From contig JAQGDQ010001978.1 in the NCBI GenBank assembly GCA_030141605.1, positions 1-18,879 on the forward strand: a DNA stretch of 18,879 nt, given 5' to 3'. The notes below the pieces were generated by a model, which saw nothing but the letters and a program-made list of their open reading frames with translations, had not been told where the DNA came from and made no database searches. This stretch comes from Tubiluchus corallicola. Lineage: Eukaryota > Animalia > Priapulida. Shown piece after piece: positions 1 through 9,730 of the stretch; position 1 is the stretch's first letter, and the number at the start of each line of letters is the position of its first letter. Position numbers and translations under genes: made by a program.

Positions 1-31
1 ATAAATGTGCTATAAACCATATATGGTCTAC

Positions 32-155
32 CTGGAGCATTCGCGTGAGCATGCAAAGTAAAATATATCTGCAATGAATTTGGGTCCTTTTCATCTAAGA
101 TATCTCTCAAAGACAAGTTCCTGGCTGATACCATCTTAATATGGCGAATCCGTTT
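32..155 (-). CDS. TRAPPC10: Candidate further TRAPPC10 exon (KRIRHIKMVSARNLSLRDILDEKDPNSLQIYFTLHAHANAP)
   Basis: Strong acceptor (gttttttctttgtag). Only the phase-0 frame is open, matching the phase-0 end of exon 1530-1642. Donor G|gtagac is mediocre. No clear similarity to the recalled human sequence, which is variable in this region. Confidence 0.4.
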
Positions 156-634
156 CTACAAAGAAAAAACACAGATAATAAATTTGATTGCATACAGAGT
201 TAGTTAAAATTTACCTCCTATAATTTAAGTTCTACAGAATTGGCTATTTATTAGTGCCTTACACAAGAAGAGATGTAGCGCTAGGCATTGTTTTATCAAT
301 AAATATATATAACAAAATGTTCCTTATCATGTGGCTTGCAAATCAAGTGCTTCAAGTTCAAATATTGTTAATTGAACTTATATGCTATGCAATAATGAAC
401 ACAAACATTGGATAAAAAATTAATAATGTTGCTTCATACCTGTAAAGGAAAATAAACGGTGGAATTTGTGGGAGCTGCCATTATTCACATTACCGACTTA
501 TGTTCAAATTCTATGGTGTGTGCCTAGAAACAATTATGAAGTTAAAATGGCTGGTATGGTTTCCCTGCTTTTCTTCTGCAATTTATGCTCAAATCAAATG
601 AAATTAAATGAAATTTTAATGCTATACGAGTTAT

Positions 635-1240
635 CATGGGTTTGAAATGTTTTAGTTCTGAGTTTCTTTATATACACGGACTAATGATGACATTGAGTAC
701 AATGTCACATTCCAATTTCTAGTTTTAAGTTTACTGTATCTTGCTACTGTGCCCACAGGTTCTAAACTATGCACTTTGTGTATTGAGTAGATTGAGTAAA
801 ATATTAAATTATAGCTCCTCGAGTTTTGATATATTGCCAATGGGTTATAAATTTGAGTCTCCTTCTGCACATGGAGTATTGCGTACACTTGAGTACAATG
901 TCATATAATAGTCCTTAGTACCTCACTAACCAGCTCATGGATTATAATTCTGAATTTCCGCACTTCCATACCGAGTACATACAGTGTGTAGAATGTTACA
1001 CTAGCTTCCAGTTTTTGTTTCATCCATGGGTTAGAACATATTCCATTCACATTGAATATAGAGTACAACGTAAAAATTAAAGCCGTCTGATTTTTGGTAA
1101 TGCACCCATGAGTTAAAATTTGAGTTCTTTTATGCACTTTGTGTAATTTGAGCACCCTAATATAATTTTAAATTCTAGTTACTGTTTCTTGTTAATACGC
1201 CCACGAGTTTTATATTCTAGCATCAAAATTTCTGCACTTA
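635..1240. repeat. Highly degenerate tandem repeat, about 90-100 bp period, about 7 units
   Basis: Motifs like ccatgggtt...aaatttgagt...tgcac...tgagtacaatgt recur near 635, 752, 837, 933, 1023, 1105 and 1200. Confidence 0.55.
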
Positions 1241-1316
1241 CCTTATATACTTGTGTACAAGTCGAATTTTTGGGAGGCGATTTTAAGGTGAAATTTTTGG
1301 GGTCGACTTATACTTA
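1239..1316. mobile_element. Remnant of a pogo/Tc2-like MITE
   Basis: taccttatatacttgtgtacaagtcga ... ggggtcgacttatact is an inverted pair resembling the TA-CCGTATATACTCG.GTATAAGTCGA termini of Tc1/mariner-pogo MITEs. The right end is degraded. Confidence 0.45.
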
Positions 1317-1529
1317 CGATATGTTTTTGGGAGATGTCGCTAAAGAGTCGTCTACAATACGAATATGTAAAGAAATAATCCTTCATTATACGCTGGACTG
1401 AATGAACACTCATACTGTGAAACTTCACATCAGAGAATGTTTGCATCTTGACATTACTTCACAAAATTAATAAATATTAACAAATATATTCACGCATCCA
1501 TAAAAACTCAATACACTTATGATGTATAC

Positions 1530-1642
1530 CTCAATTGTTAATCCAGTAGATGGGACAAGTTTCACAATTTCACCTTTCTTTATTCCATCACTGCCACCTA
1601 AAATGTTCAACACAACATCCTGCGGAATTCCGGCCATTATAT
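1530..1642 (-). CDS. TRAPPC10: TRAPPC10 internal exon ((D)IMAGIPQDVVLNILGGSDGIKKGEIVKLVPSTGLTIE)
   Basis: ttttctttgttttag acceptor, GAG|gtatac donor, 113 nt, phase 1 to 0. Resembles human DSLLAGIPQRVKFTVTTGHYTIKNGDSLQL. Confidence 0.9.
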
Positions 1643-1812
1643 CTAAAACAAAGAAAATCATCTAGTTTATTACTTTCAGGTTGTCCAAACTCGCAAAACG
1701 ATAAAAATGTACTGTTATTAACTTTTCAGTGTCGAATATAATGCAAGAAATGCTTAAAAGAAAACCGGACGATTTTCTGCTCCATTTCAGACTATTGTGA
1801 ACAGATAGTTAA

Positions 1813-2326
1813 AGGAAAACCGGATGATTGTGTAAACATTAGTTCAGAATAAAGAATGCTCTGAAACCAAAGCTTAGACTAAATAATAATTACTTCGGAT
1901 ACTCAAATTTCGTTAAACTTTCAAAGCTACGCGCGGCTCAGTGAATCTACTAAGATTGGCAATGGCACCTTTTTGTCACATTCACGTGGCCGACAAATAG
2001 AAGGCGATACCGTGATAAACATGATCATGAACTCCAGGGTTAGTTTCTGACGTCATATGATGTAGAGCCCATTTTCGTGACAACACACGTTTAAACAGCA
2101 ACACTTACGTAAACGTGCTTGATGCGCAAGGGAAGACGCCTGCCATTGCACAAACTGTGATTAGCTTCTGATGTAAGCAATAGCTGTGTTCACTTGCCGT
2201 TAATTAACTTTCTAAGCTAATTATTCAAATATAAGGAACAATTGCTAACTTTTATCGGCAAGAAAATGTATATTTTGTACAGTAAATTAAAACGAGATTG
2301 AGTCTAAGCAATCGTCCGGTCTTCCT
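1813..2326. mobile_element. Kolobok-type (T2-like) non-autonomous DNA transposon, 514 bp
   Basis: TTAA on both sides (1809-1812, 2327-2330). TIRs aggaaaaccggatgattg and caatcgtccggtcttcct match at 16 of 18 positions. TTAA plus AGG termini are typical of Kolobok elements. Confidence 0.8.
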
Positions 2327-2731
2327 TTAACTTAAAAATGAGAGCGATAATAACAAGCGCCTACGTGATTACAATCATTTTTATTCCAAAGATGCAACAT
2401 TTCTAAACTTTGCCATAACAAACAATTGGGAAAAAATTATGGTAACAACTGTGGTTTCTTCCCTATGTGTGTGTTTGTATTTTTCTAGAATTTTCCTATA
2501 ATTAATAACTGTATATTACGTCACACTCAAATGGGAATTTACGCACAAACTGCAACAAACGTGTATTCAAATGCAACCTGAGAATAACTCCATGTTCATT
2601 ATTTAGAGTTTCAAATTCTAGTTGTCATGATTGCACAAATAACAACATCATTAGACTCGCGCAAGAGGCAGGATCATTGCACACCTAATGATTGTGTAGA
2701 TATACACTGACGAAGAGATTTTAAGGTAAGT

Positions 2732-3209
2732 CAGGGATGAGAATGACAAATTGCAAAAAACTCTGAAACAGGCCGGGGGTTTGGGGGCCATGTAGGCCCC
2801 CAATGGGATTGAAATTGCAATTTTGTGACCACAGAGAACTTAAAATATCAGTTACCTTGTTTCATGCATAATTTAAAATACCAAAAATCAAAGATACATG
2901 ATACCTAATTCAAAAAATGCCTCAGTACTGGCAGCTCCTATGCAAAAGTATATAAAAACTGTCTGCATTTGATTCAAATAACTCCACACAATTGATTCTA
3001 TATTTTTATACATAGAGATATATACATGGTTACACTGATGTACGTGATGTAAACAAAGTGACGGCCTGCCAACTAGCGGTCAGCTTGTGAAATAATGTAC
3101 TGGGTCCGTAAAAATTTTCTCAACGAATTTACGCGATTTACAAAAATGGCACTACTGGTCTTCCAAAAAACTCGGAATTCTGCGTATCCGCGGAAAATTC
3201 TCATTCCTG
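2732..3209. mobile_element. hAT-type MITE, 478 bp
   Basis: TIRs cagggatgagaat and attctcattcctg (12 of 13). Perfect 8-bp TSD aggtaagt at 2724-2731 and 3210-3217. Confidence 0.9.
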
Positions 3210-3829
3210 AGGTAAGTACGTGTTCGATTGTAAATAATCCCTCGTTTTAGACGTTAATTTTCATCGCTCAACTTTAAATGTTATATTTTAATTGTAGCAG
3301 TTGGCATGCTGCTAGAATGTGAGCAAAATTGCTTATTTTCTCAACAGGAATTTCGTGACTCTCGTAGATTTGAACGCTGATGAGGAGAAAACTCTTTTTG
3401 CGATAGAAATTGGTTATGAATCAGGACAACAGCATCAACATCACTAGTAACAACAGCGATGGCATTGTATGTACAGCCATGAACGACAACGCAGCTGCAG
3501 TAACTACGATTACACTCAACACTTTGCTTTGTGTTTCTTCCCTACAATGTCAACAGGCAAACCGTTTACTATAAACAAATTGTGTGGACTATATACTTCA
3601 GCTTACTACTTATTTACACCTATGTCACGTTTATAACTACTCAAATGTATATCAAAAAGTAATCTTTGTCAACTGCATTTTGACAATGATCAGAGACAAT
3701 CATTGAAATGCTGAAATTCAGGAATAATAAAGTACGCAACTGTACCGGCTTTTACTTTTAGATAAATTATATAACAAAACCCAGTTACAGTTGCTAAAAA
3801 TTAACTTGATAAAACGCTAAGAAACTTGC

Positions 3830-3968
3830 CGGAATTTGGATTCAATGTTACAGACGGTTCCTCAGAAACAACATCGAAGGAAAGCGGAGACGTCAAACTA
3901 AGAAGAAACTCTATTCCGGAAACTTCGATGCAAATTTGGTTCATTCGAAACCGACCTACTTTTTCAAC
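3830..3968 (-). CDS. TRAPPC10: TRAPPC10 internal exon (VEKVGRFRMNQICIEVSGIEFLLSLTSPLSFDVVSEEPSVTLNPNS) ending at a GC donor
   Basis: tttgatttctag acceptor, 139 nt, phase 0 to 1, donor G|gcaagt. Resembles human AKEPGTYTLRQLCASVGSVWFVLP...YDVYSQEPQLHVEP. Confidence 0.88.
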
Positions 3969-4105
3969 CTAGAAATCAAATTTCAAATTAAAACTTGAAG
4001 TTCAATTTCCAAAGGAACAACTTTTGTAATCAGGAAGCCAGAGAAACGAAGCCAGAAGCGGAAATAGGAAGCAATTTACACAACTGTATGAAACTTTTGG
4101 TCTCA

Positions 4106-4107
<2 letters not shown>

Positions 4108-4144
<37 letters not shown>

Positions 4145-5149
4145 AAATCTTTATTCAAAATGATACAATAAGCCTTCTATTTGCAGTGTGTAAGTACAAA
4201 AATGTTAAATAAATCCGTACATTATGTACATTAAATAAATTTTTAGATTAAATTCTTCACAGTACTTCCAATTTATACATACATAAATAATCTTATGTTG
4301 ATATCATTCTTATATAAACAGTATGCCAGCATAATAAGTTTAAGATCATTTTGGGTAAGTTCTTTTACAATATCTATGTATATTTTAATTACATTAGTGT
4401 CTCTCTTTCTGTAAATGGTCTGAATATCATTATTTTCTAAGCTGCTTTCGAGATTTACCCTTATATCTTTTCTAACCAATGGTAACGGACAATGAAAAAT
4501 TAAAAGCTCTGGAGTTTGACTGCCCAAATCGCAAACACGCAGATCTGCACGTATTATTGCTATCCTGTATTCAAATGATTTGCAACCTCTTCTAAGTAGA
4601 TAAGCTAACGCACTTGTTTCTATAAATCTGTCATATTTACTGACTGGTATATCTAATGGTGTTGTAAATACAGGAATTAACTCTCGTGGATTACCGGTCA
4701 ACTGGTTTACATGTTGTATTTTTCTACTCCATAAAGTTTTGATCCACTTCATTTTTATTATATTTGACATTTGTATTCGAAAGTCTGTATTTTTGAATCT
4801 AGCCAGGATGTAGCGGCATACAATTACGTTGGCAAAGCAGTGGTTTTAGCTAAAGTAACGATCTTTAATCCTTTATATTTAAAACAGAATTTTTTGATTT
4901 TATGCCATTTATTCCAAGCTCTCTGTCACGTAGTAGTTACGTGCGCCTCAAATTTAAGTTCATTATCAACATTTACTCCTCATACATTAGTTCTATTCAC
5001 ATATTTAATTGGTTCATTTCCAAACATTAGATTTGGGGGGGTTGGCTCGTATTTTAACTTCAATGAGTTTTTGCACATTATGGCTTCTGTTTTATTCTCG
5101 GCGCAGTTAATATTTGTCCACTTCATTTTTATTATATTTCAAGTTTAAT
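4108..5149 (-). mobile_element. 5'-truncated, decayed non-LTR retrotransposon (LINE ORF2 C-terminal part, I/Jockey-group-like) with (TAA)n tail
   Basis: Minus-strand translation KWTNINCAENKTEAI...EPIKYVNRTNV*GVNVDNELKFEAH...LPT*LYAATSW fits the end of RT and the thumb, with stops. ORF 4273-4770 has a degraded C-terminal zinc-knuckle region (VCD...QTPELLIFHCP). AATAAA plus (TAA)11 tail at 4108-4142. Probable TSD gtctcatgtta (4100-4110) and gtctcgtgtta (5150-5160). Confidence 0.85.
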
Positions 5150-5211
5150 GTCTCGTGTTAAACACTAACAAAAACACAAAACTTAAGCTGAATGTGTTTG
5201 CAAGCGCTTAC

Positions 5212-5406
5212 TTGTGTCTTAACAACTACAACATTTGTACCATGATGCAGGAGAGCATCAGATTTAGACAGACCGTGTGAAAAATCATCCTTTACAAGTC
5301 CTTCGCTACGTAGAGACAATGACGGATGGCTATCCATGCGCTCCAGAACCGCACGCGTATTGCGGCAAATCACGTGAACGATGCCAGTGGTTTTGTCTGT
5401 CGCCTC
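5212..5406 (-). CDS. TRAPPC10: TRAPPC10 internal exon (EATDKTTGIVHVICRNTRAVLERMDS...LHHGTNVVVVKTQ)
   Basis: cgttttgttttcag acceptor, CAA|gtaagc donor, 195 nt, phase 0 to 0. Resembles human GIICRNVHMLLRRQES...LEPGANQITFRTQ. Confidence 0.92.
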
Positions 5407-6284
5407 CTGAAAACAAAACGGAAAATTTTGAAAAACGTTTCACACCTTTTGCATTGAACCACAGTGATTTTAGCATTAGCTTAGTCAGGCTTTTCGTTAA
5501 GTCAAAAACTGCTTGTCACACTAGGTGAGTTTCAGGGCAAAAATTAGCAATAATAATGCCCTGTTAACCAGAATAGTAATATCATGGATAGACTATCAGA
5601 GTGAGTAATACATAGATCGCAAGCGGCATTTAGCCCCGCCCACCTTGATCACGTGGCACACGTTCTCACAAACACTCACTCGCTGCAAGTCACTATAGTA
5701 TATAAACAAGCGCGAAAAACATGAAGAACGGATGTATTTTAAGAGATTGATCAGCAATTCCAGGAAATTGTGCTACAAACCAAACTATAAGAACTTGTCT
5801 AGTAAATCCTTACAAAGAAGACTTAATTATCATATGCAATGATATGAGCAATATAACCAAGATTTATTACGAAGTTTCCAACATAGTTACAATAAAAGCG
5901 CTAGTTATAATAAAAGTTACAAGAAAGTTGTAAAATAACAAATATGAAACGGTGTGTTAACTTTGCTTTACATGTTGTGTTTTAAAACAAAATTTTTATA
6001 ACACTTTTACTTGCACCAAAAACAAATTATTGTCGTACCTTGAACCTAATTCTAGCATAAACACAGAAAAGTCAAATAAAAATCAAGTAAGTTAGCCCAG
6101 CTGAACTATTTAACTATACTACTGTACGTTCAGACAGTCAAACTCAACCAACAAAATCCTATTTTTTGCTGTAGAGTATCTGGGATATCTTGTTGCAGAG
6201 CGTTAAGTCCTGATTTAGCAGGATTTCTACAAGCAGCCGGCAGTAATAAATAATAGTACAGTGTAATAATAAAATATTAGAAAA

Positions 6285-6464
6285 CTTCTCTTTGAGACGA
6301 CTTTTATTGTTTTTTAATGGGTTGAGCTGTTCACGTAGCCTCCCACATGCTCTGACCCAAAAGTGACACTTGACTTTTTTGGGTTGGGGAAACTTATAAA
6401 TTGAACTCCTCCTGCTAATCTTTCTGGATAGCGAACATCCACATTACACATTACCCTTCACCAT
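6285..6464 (-). pseudogene. Frameshifted THAP zinc-finger ORF remnant, probably the N-terminus of a DNA-transposon protein
   Basis: MVK-(frameshift)-CNVDVRYPERLAGGVQFISFPNPK-(frameshift)-KCHFWVRACGRLREQLNPLK. This keeps the THAP hallmarks C..FP..W..C.R, but the first Cys and the terminal CxxHF are missing. Confidence 0.7.
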
Positions 6465-6567
6465 TCTTCACTACTGTTAACGAATTTTAGCTGCACAAGG
6501 TTTTTTATGGCAAGAAAAAGCAAAAATAATCATGAACACATGATTTAGGTGTAGATTTCGTATAAAC

Positions 6568-6960
6568 AAGTAAGTAAGTAAAAAATTTATTTGTCTCTGA
6601 ATGTTACAAACTAAATATAAAGAAAAGCTAAAAACTATAAAAAGGACGAAAAAGAGACGGGGTAGCGAAAAGACCAAGGGTCATCAAGTCAACCACCCCT
6701 ATCCAAACTGAAGAAAATTAAGTGGCCTGTCAAGTAAGGTATGCACAAATGAAAATAATCAGCAACTTAACAAAATAAAAAAAATAGATGACACAACAAG
6801 TTCAAATGAGTTTAAATTTAGAAACAGTAAATAAATTAGGCAATGAGAACAGACAAAATTGAAATCAGCAAACAAAATGGAAAATTTAAACTCAACAAAA
6901 ACCTTTAGCTTTAAGTGCAAATGTGGCTGGGCATGTGAACAAAGCCTTCAGTAATCCCAA
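6568..6960 (-). mobile_element. 3' end of a LINE/SINE-type retroposon with short (ACTT)n tail, copy 1
   Basis: Shares the core ggtggttgact.gat.acc.ttggt.tttcgc.accc with the copy at about 8425-8462, followed by a T-rich tract, AATAAA and an (ACTT)3 tail. The 5' boundary is uncertain. Confidence 0.65.
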
Positions 6961-7120
6961 GCACCAACAATCAAAGAACAGTAAGTGCTAAATGAAAGCG
7001 CCTCATTGGTCATTGAGAGGTGGAACCCCCGGTGGTTGATTGACGTTCTGCGATCTATGTGTTGCAAAAGGAAAAGCAGCCGACTGAAGAAAAATAGTTA
7101 AACAAATACAGGACTGATAC

Positions 7121-7446
7121 CTGTAACCGCAGCTTCGCTCTTGGTTTGCTGTGAAGTGAATGCAGCCATGATCTGCTCGTTGGCGAAGCATCGCCGATGC
7201 TGCGAATACTCGACTGACTAGCCGAACGTGAACTATGCCTGAAACTCTCATCCGATTGGCTGTTGCTACGATCGTGAAACGAGTGATGCAACGAGCACGA
7301 CACGTTGCAAGCGACATCTTTTGGTAAAAAACTCGTGACGTGAAACTCTGCCGCAACCGAGTCACCCAGCACTGCCCGAGCAGTAGTAAGAATGTTGATA
7401 CGATCAAGATGGAAAACCCAGTCAGCACTCATCTTAACTGGAACCT
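7121..7446 (-). CDS. TRAPPC10: TRAPPC10 internal exon ((E)VPVKMSADWVFHLDRI...KPRAKLRLQ)
   Basis: tttctatgttttag acceptor, CAG|gtatca donor, 326 nt, phase 1 to 0, fitting both neighbours. Overlaps ORF 7055-7432. AVLGDSVAAEFHVTSFLP aligns with human VHVGGVLCVEITMYSQMP. Confidence 0.88.
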
Positions 7447-7497
7447 CTAAAACATAGAAAAGGCTTATTGTTAAGGACAGTATATTTTCTCCTTTAA

Positions 7498-7943
7498 CCC
7501 TTTCAGTTCCAAATTATTTTTTTAATAAGAAAAATTTTTTTGGCTCGGTACTTTCGTTCAGTATGTCCATCTTGTTTACACATAATAATAATTTTTTTCT
7601 ACCTGTGAGCTCGTGCTAAATATAGCCTGTATCCCACGGGATACATTGGAATTCAATGGAAGCATAAAATGTGCTTCATTTTGCAACTGCTGATAATTTA
7701 AGACATTTAGTATGCATGCTATGCTGATCTGTACGAAGTCGTCTCTAAAGTACTGTACCTTGAGCAGTTTTTATGCTATGTAGATTTTCTAGTTTGCCAT
7801 TTTATCACCATTTTTAGTCTATTGTTATTGGCTTAAATCAAAATAACTATTAACAGATCAAATGACTGTCAGGTTTAAAATTTTATTAATTTCAAAGCAG
7901 AAAATATTCTCGTATCCCACGGGATACAACGGGTATGAAAGGG
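7498..7943. mobile_element. piggyBac-type MITE, 446 bp
   Basis: TTAA TSDs (7494-7497, 7944-7947). Termini ccctttca and tgaaaggg. Palindrome gtatcccacgggatac occurs near 7628 and again subterminally near 7912. Confidence 0.85.
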
Positions 7944-8264
7944 TTAATTTTAGTATATACATATAGTTTCATTAAATGCTTTGCCGCTGCTTGTATTCGA
8001 TAGCCCGTTTTTTTTGTATATTTGTTTATATTGTTTAGAATAGTATGTTTTCTTGTTTGTTCGATCTTTCCAATCTTAACACAGATTTTTGGCTGCAGCA
8101 TTGTGTGTGCAGTTTCCTTATTAGATTCAGGATGTATTCTTGCTATGTTTTCTAGCATTTTAGTCGGCATGCCAACCATTTTCAAAATCAGAATCGTTCT
8201 TTAACAAAAACACTTTGTAGAGAAGCCAAGGAAAAATTAGAGCATTTAAACCAGCTGTATTATT

Positions 8265-8349
<85 letters not shown>
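8265..8349. repeat. (AGTA)n/(TACT)n microsatellite, about 21 units, the expanded tail of a retroposon
   Basis: Perfect tetranucleotide run directly after AATAAA on the minus strand. Confidence 0.95.
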
Positions 8350-8640
8350 TTTTTTATTTTTCTCCATAAATTTACAATGATTTGACAATAAAATACACAA
8401 AAATACAAACGAACATGGGAAAAAGGGTGGCGAAAAACCAAAGGTTATCGAGTCAACCACCCTTCTCAGAAAGACAGTAAACAAAAAGACGATAATGACA
8501 GCAGCTAAAGACAGACACAACTATTAAAAAATACATAAACGTCCATAAATACAAAAAACAAAAATACAACAACAGCAAAAAAAACAAAAACCAAAAACAA
8601 TTACTCACTAATTTATCTAGTTCTCATTAAGAGCTGTGCA
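8265..8640 (-). mobile_element. 3' end of a LINE/SINE-type retroposon with long (ACTT)n tail, copy 2
   Basis: Same core motif and tail type as 6568-6960. The 5' boundary is uncertain. Confidence 0.65.
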
Positions 8641-8689
8641 AATAAAAAACTTCACATTAAAAGCAATTATAACACAATATTAATTTTAC

Positions 8690-8793
8690 CAGAAATGTTC
8701 ATGGAAGCTGACATCATTTCATCGAAATATTGTTGCCTGGTGGCTGAATCCAGTGCTTGACTGCTGGCAATGTGTGCGCAGGTCTTAACGTAC
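8690..8793 (-). CDS. TRAPPC10: TRAPPC10 internal exon ((K)YVKTCAHIASSQALDSATRQQYFDEMMSASMNIS)
   Basis: ttgctgttttttag acceptor, G|gtaaaa donor, 104 nt, phase 2 to 1. Resembles human YLQTSSLLASDHHLTEEERKHFCQEI. Confidence 0.92.
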
Positions 8794-9312
8794 CTAAAAA
8801 ACAGCAAGATCTGCAAGACTTATGCACAAACCATTATAAATATAATGATTTTATGCAACTTTTATACAAAAAGCAACAACTTTTAAACTCTCTCTCTTTT
8901 GTGTCAGGGGTGACTAGATGCTCTAACGTGATCATTTATAATGCGATCATATAAATTGAAAATAAACGAACTATATATATAACTAACATTACTTATGTAA
9001 ACTAAATACTATATGTGTATGCAACTATTTTAAATTTGTGTTTATGTTTATTCATGTTGCACCCATTGGGTTTATACAAAAAGGTTCGATGTTGCATCTT
9101 CGGTTTCATTTGTGAAATTTTGTTTTTGATAATGTCGTATAGGTTTTTTATAGCGCTGTAAATGTATCTTTATAATCGGTATGTGCATTGTGTGATTTGA
9201 AACTGTGATTACCCAATAAATATAATCATTTAGATTATAGGGAGCCTTTGCACTGACTTCCGAAACTAATTGCATTGATACTTTTCTAAACCTATTAGTT
9301 GAATAAAAGTCA

Positions 9313-9514
9313 TGCATATGCTATTCCTACCTGGCGAGTAATTTAGGAACTAATCATACCAAAGTAGATGCTCAAACAAACTTTTTAGTTACACTGCTTT
9401 CTATTGCTCACACTCACGTGCATATGCTGTTCCCACCTGGTGAGTAATTTAGGAACTAATCATACCAAAGTAGATACACAAACAAACTTTTTAGTTACAG
9501 CGCTTTCTAATGCT
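9313..9514. repeat. Direct tandem duplication, 106-bp period, 2 copies
   Basis: tgcatatgct...gagtaatttaggaactaatcataccaaagtagat...ctttttagttaca at 9313 and again at 9419, with a few substitutions. Confidence 0.9.
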
Positions 9515-9730
9515 ACCACTCATCAATAAACACGTCAATTTCTATTCGTATAACTGTAGTTAAACCACCAATATTCTCTAGTTATTACAAAATAAACATG
9601 CCAGAAATAGCTGTAAGTATCACATCTCACTTGACTACAATCACATTCAAGCATTTTGTCCACATAAAGCCAGACATGGATCAATTTGAAAGCGAACAGG
9701 GCAGACGTCTCTAAAAGTGAGATAGTCACA

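Noticed and set aside
3330-3545. Minus-strand exon candidate after tgtag at about 3542
   Set aside because: No resemblance to TRAPPC10 and not needed, because exons 3830-3968 and 1530-1642 already join in phase.
7003-7428. 141-aa alternative-frame ORF
   Set aside because: It overlaps the TRAPPC10 exon in a different frame, and the splice phases support the other frame.
8160-8520. ORFs with LLTY repeats
   Set aside because: Products of the (TACT)n microsatellite.
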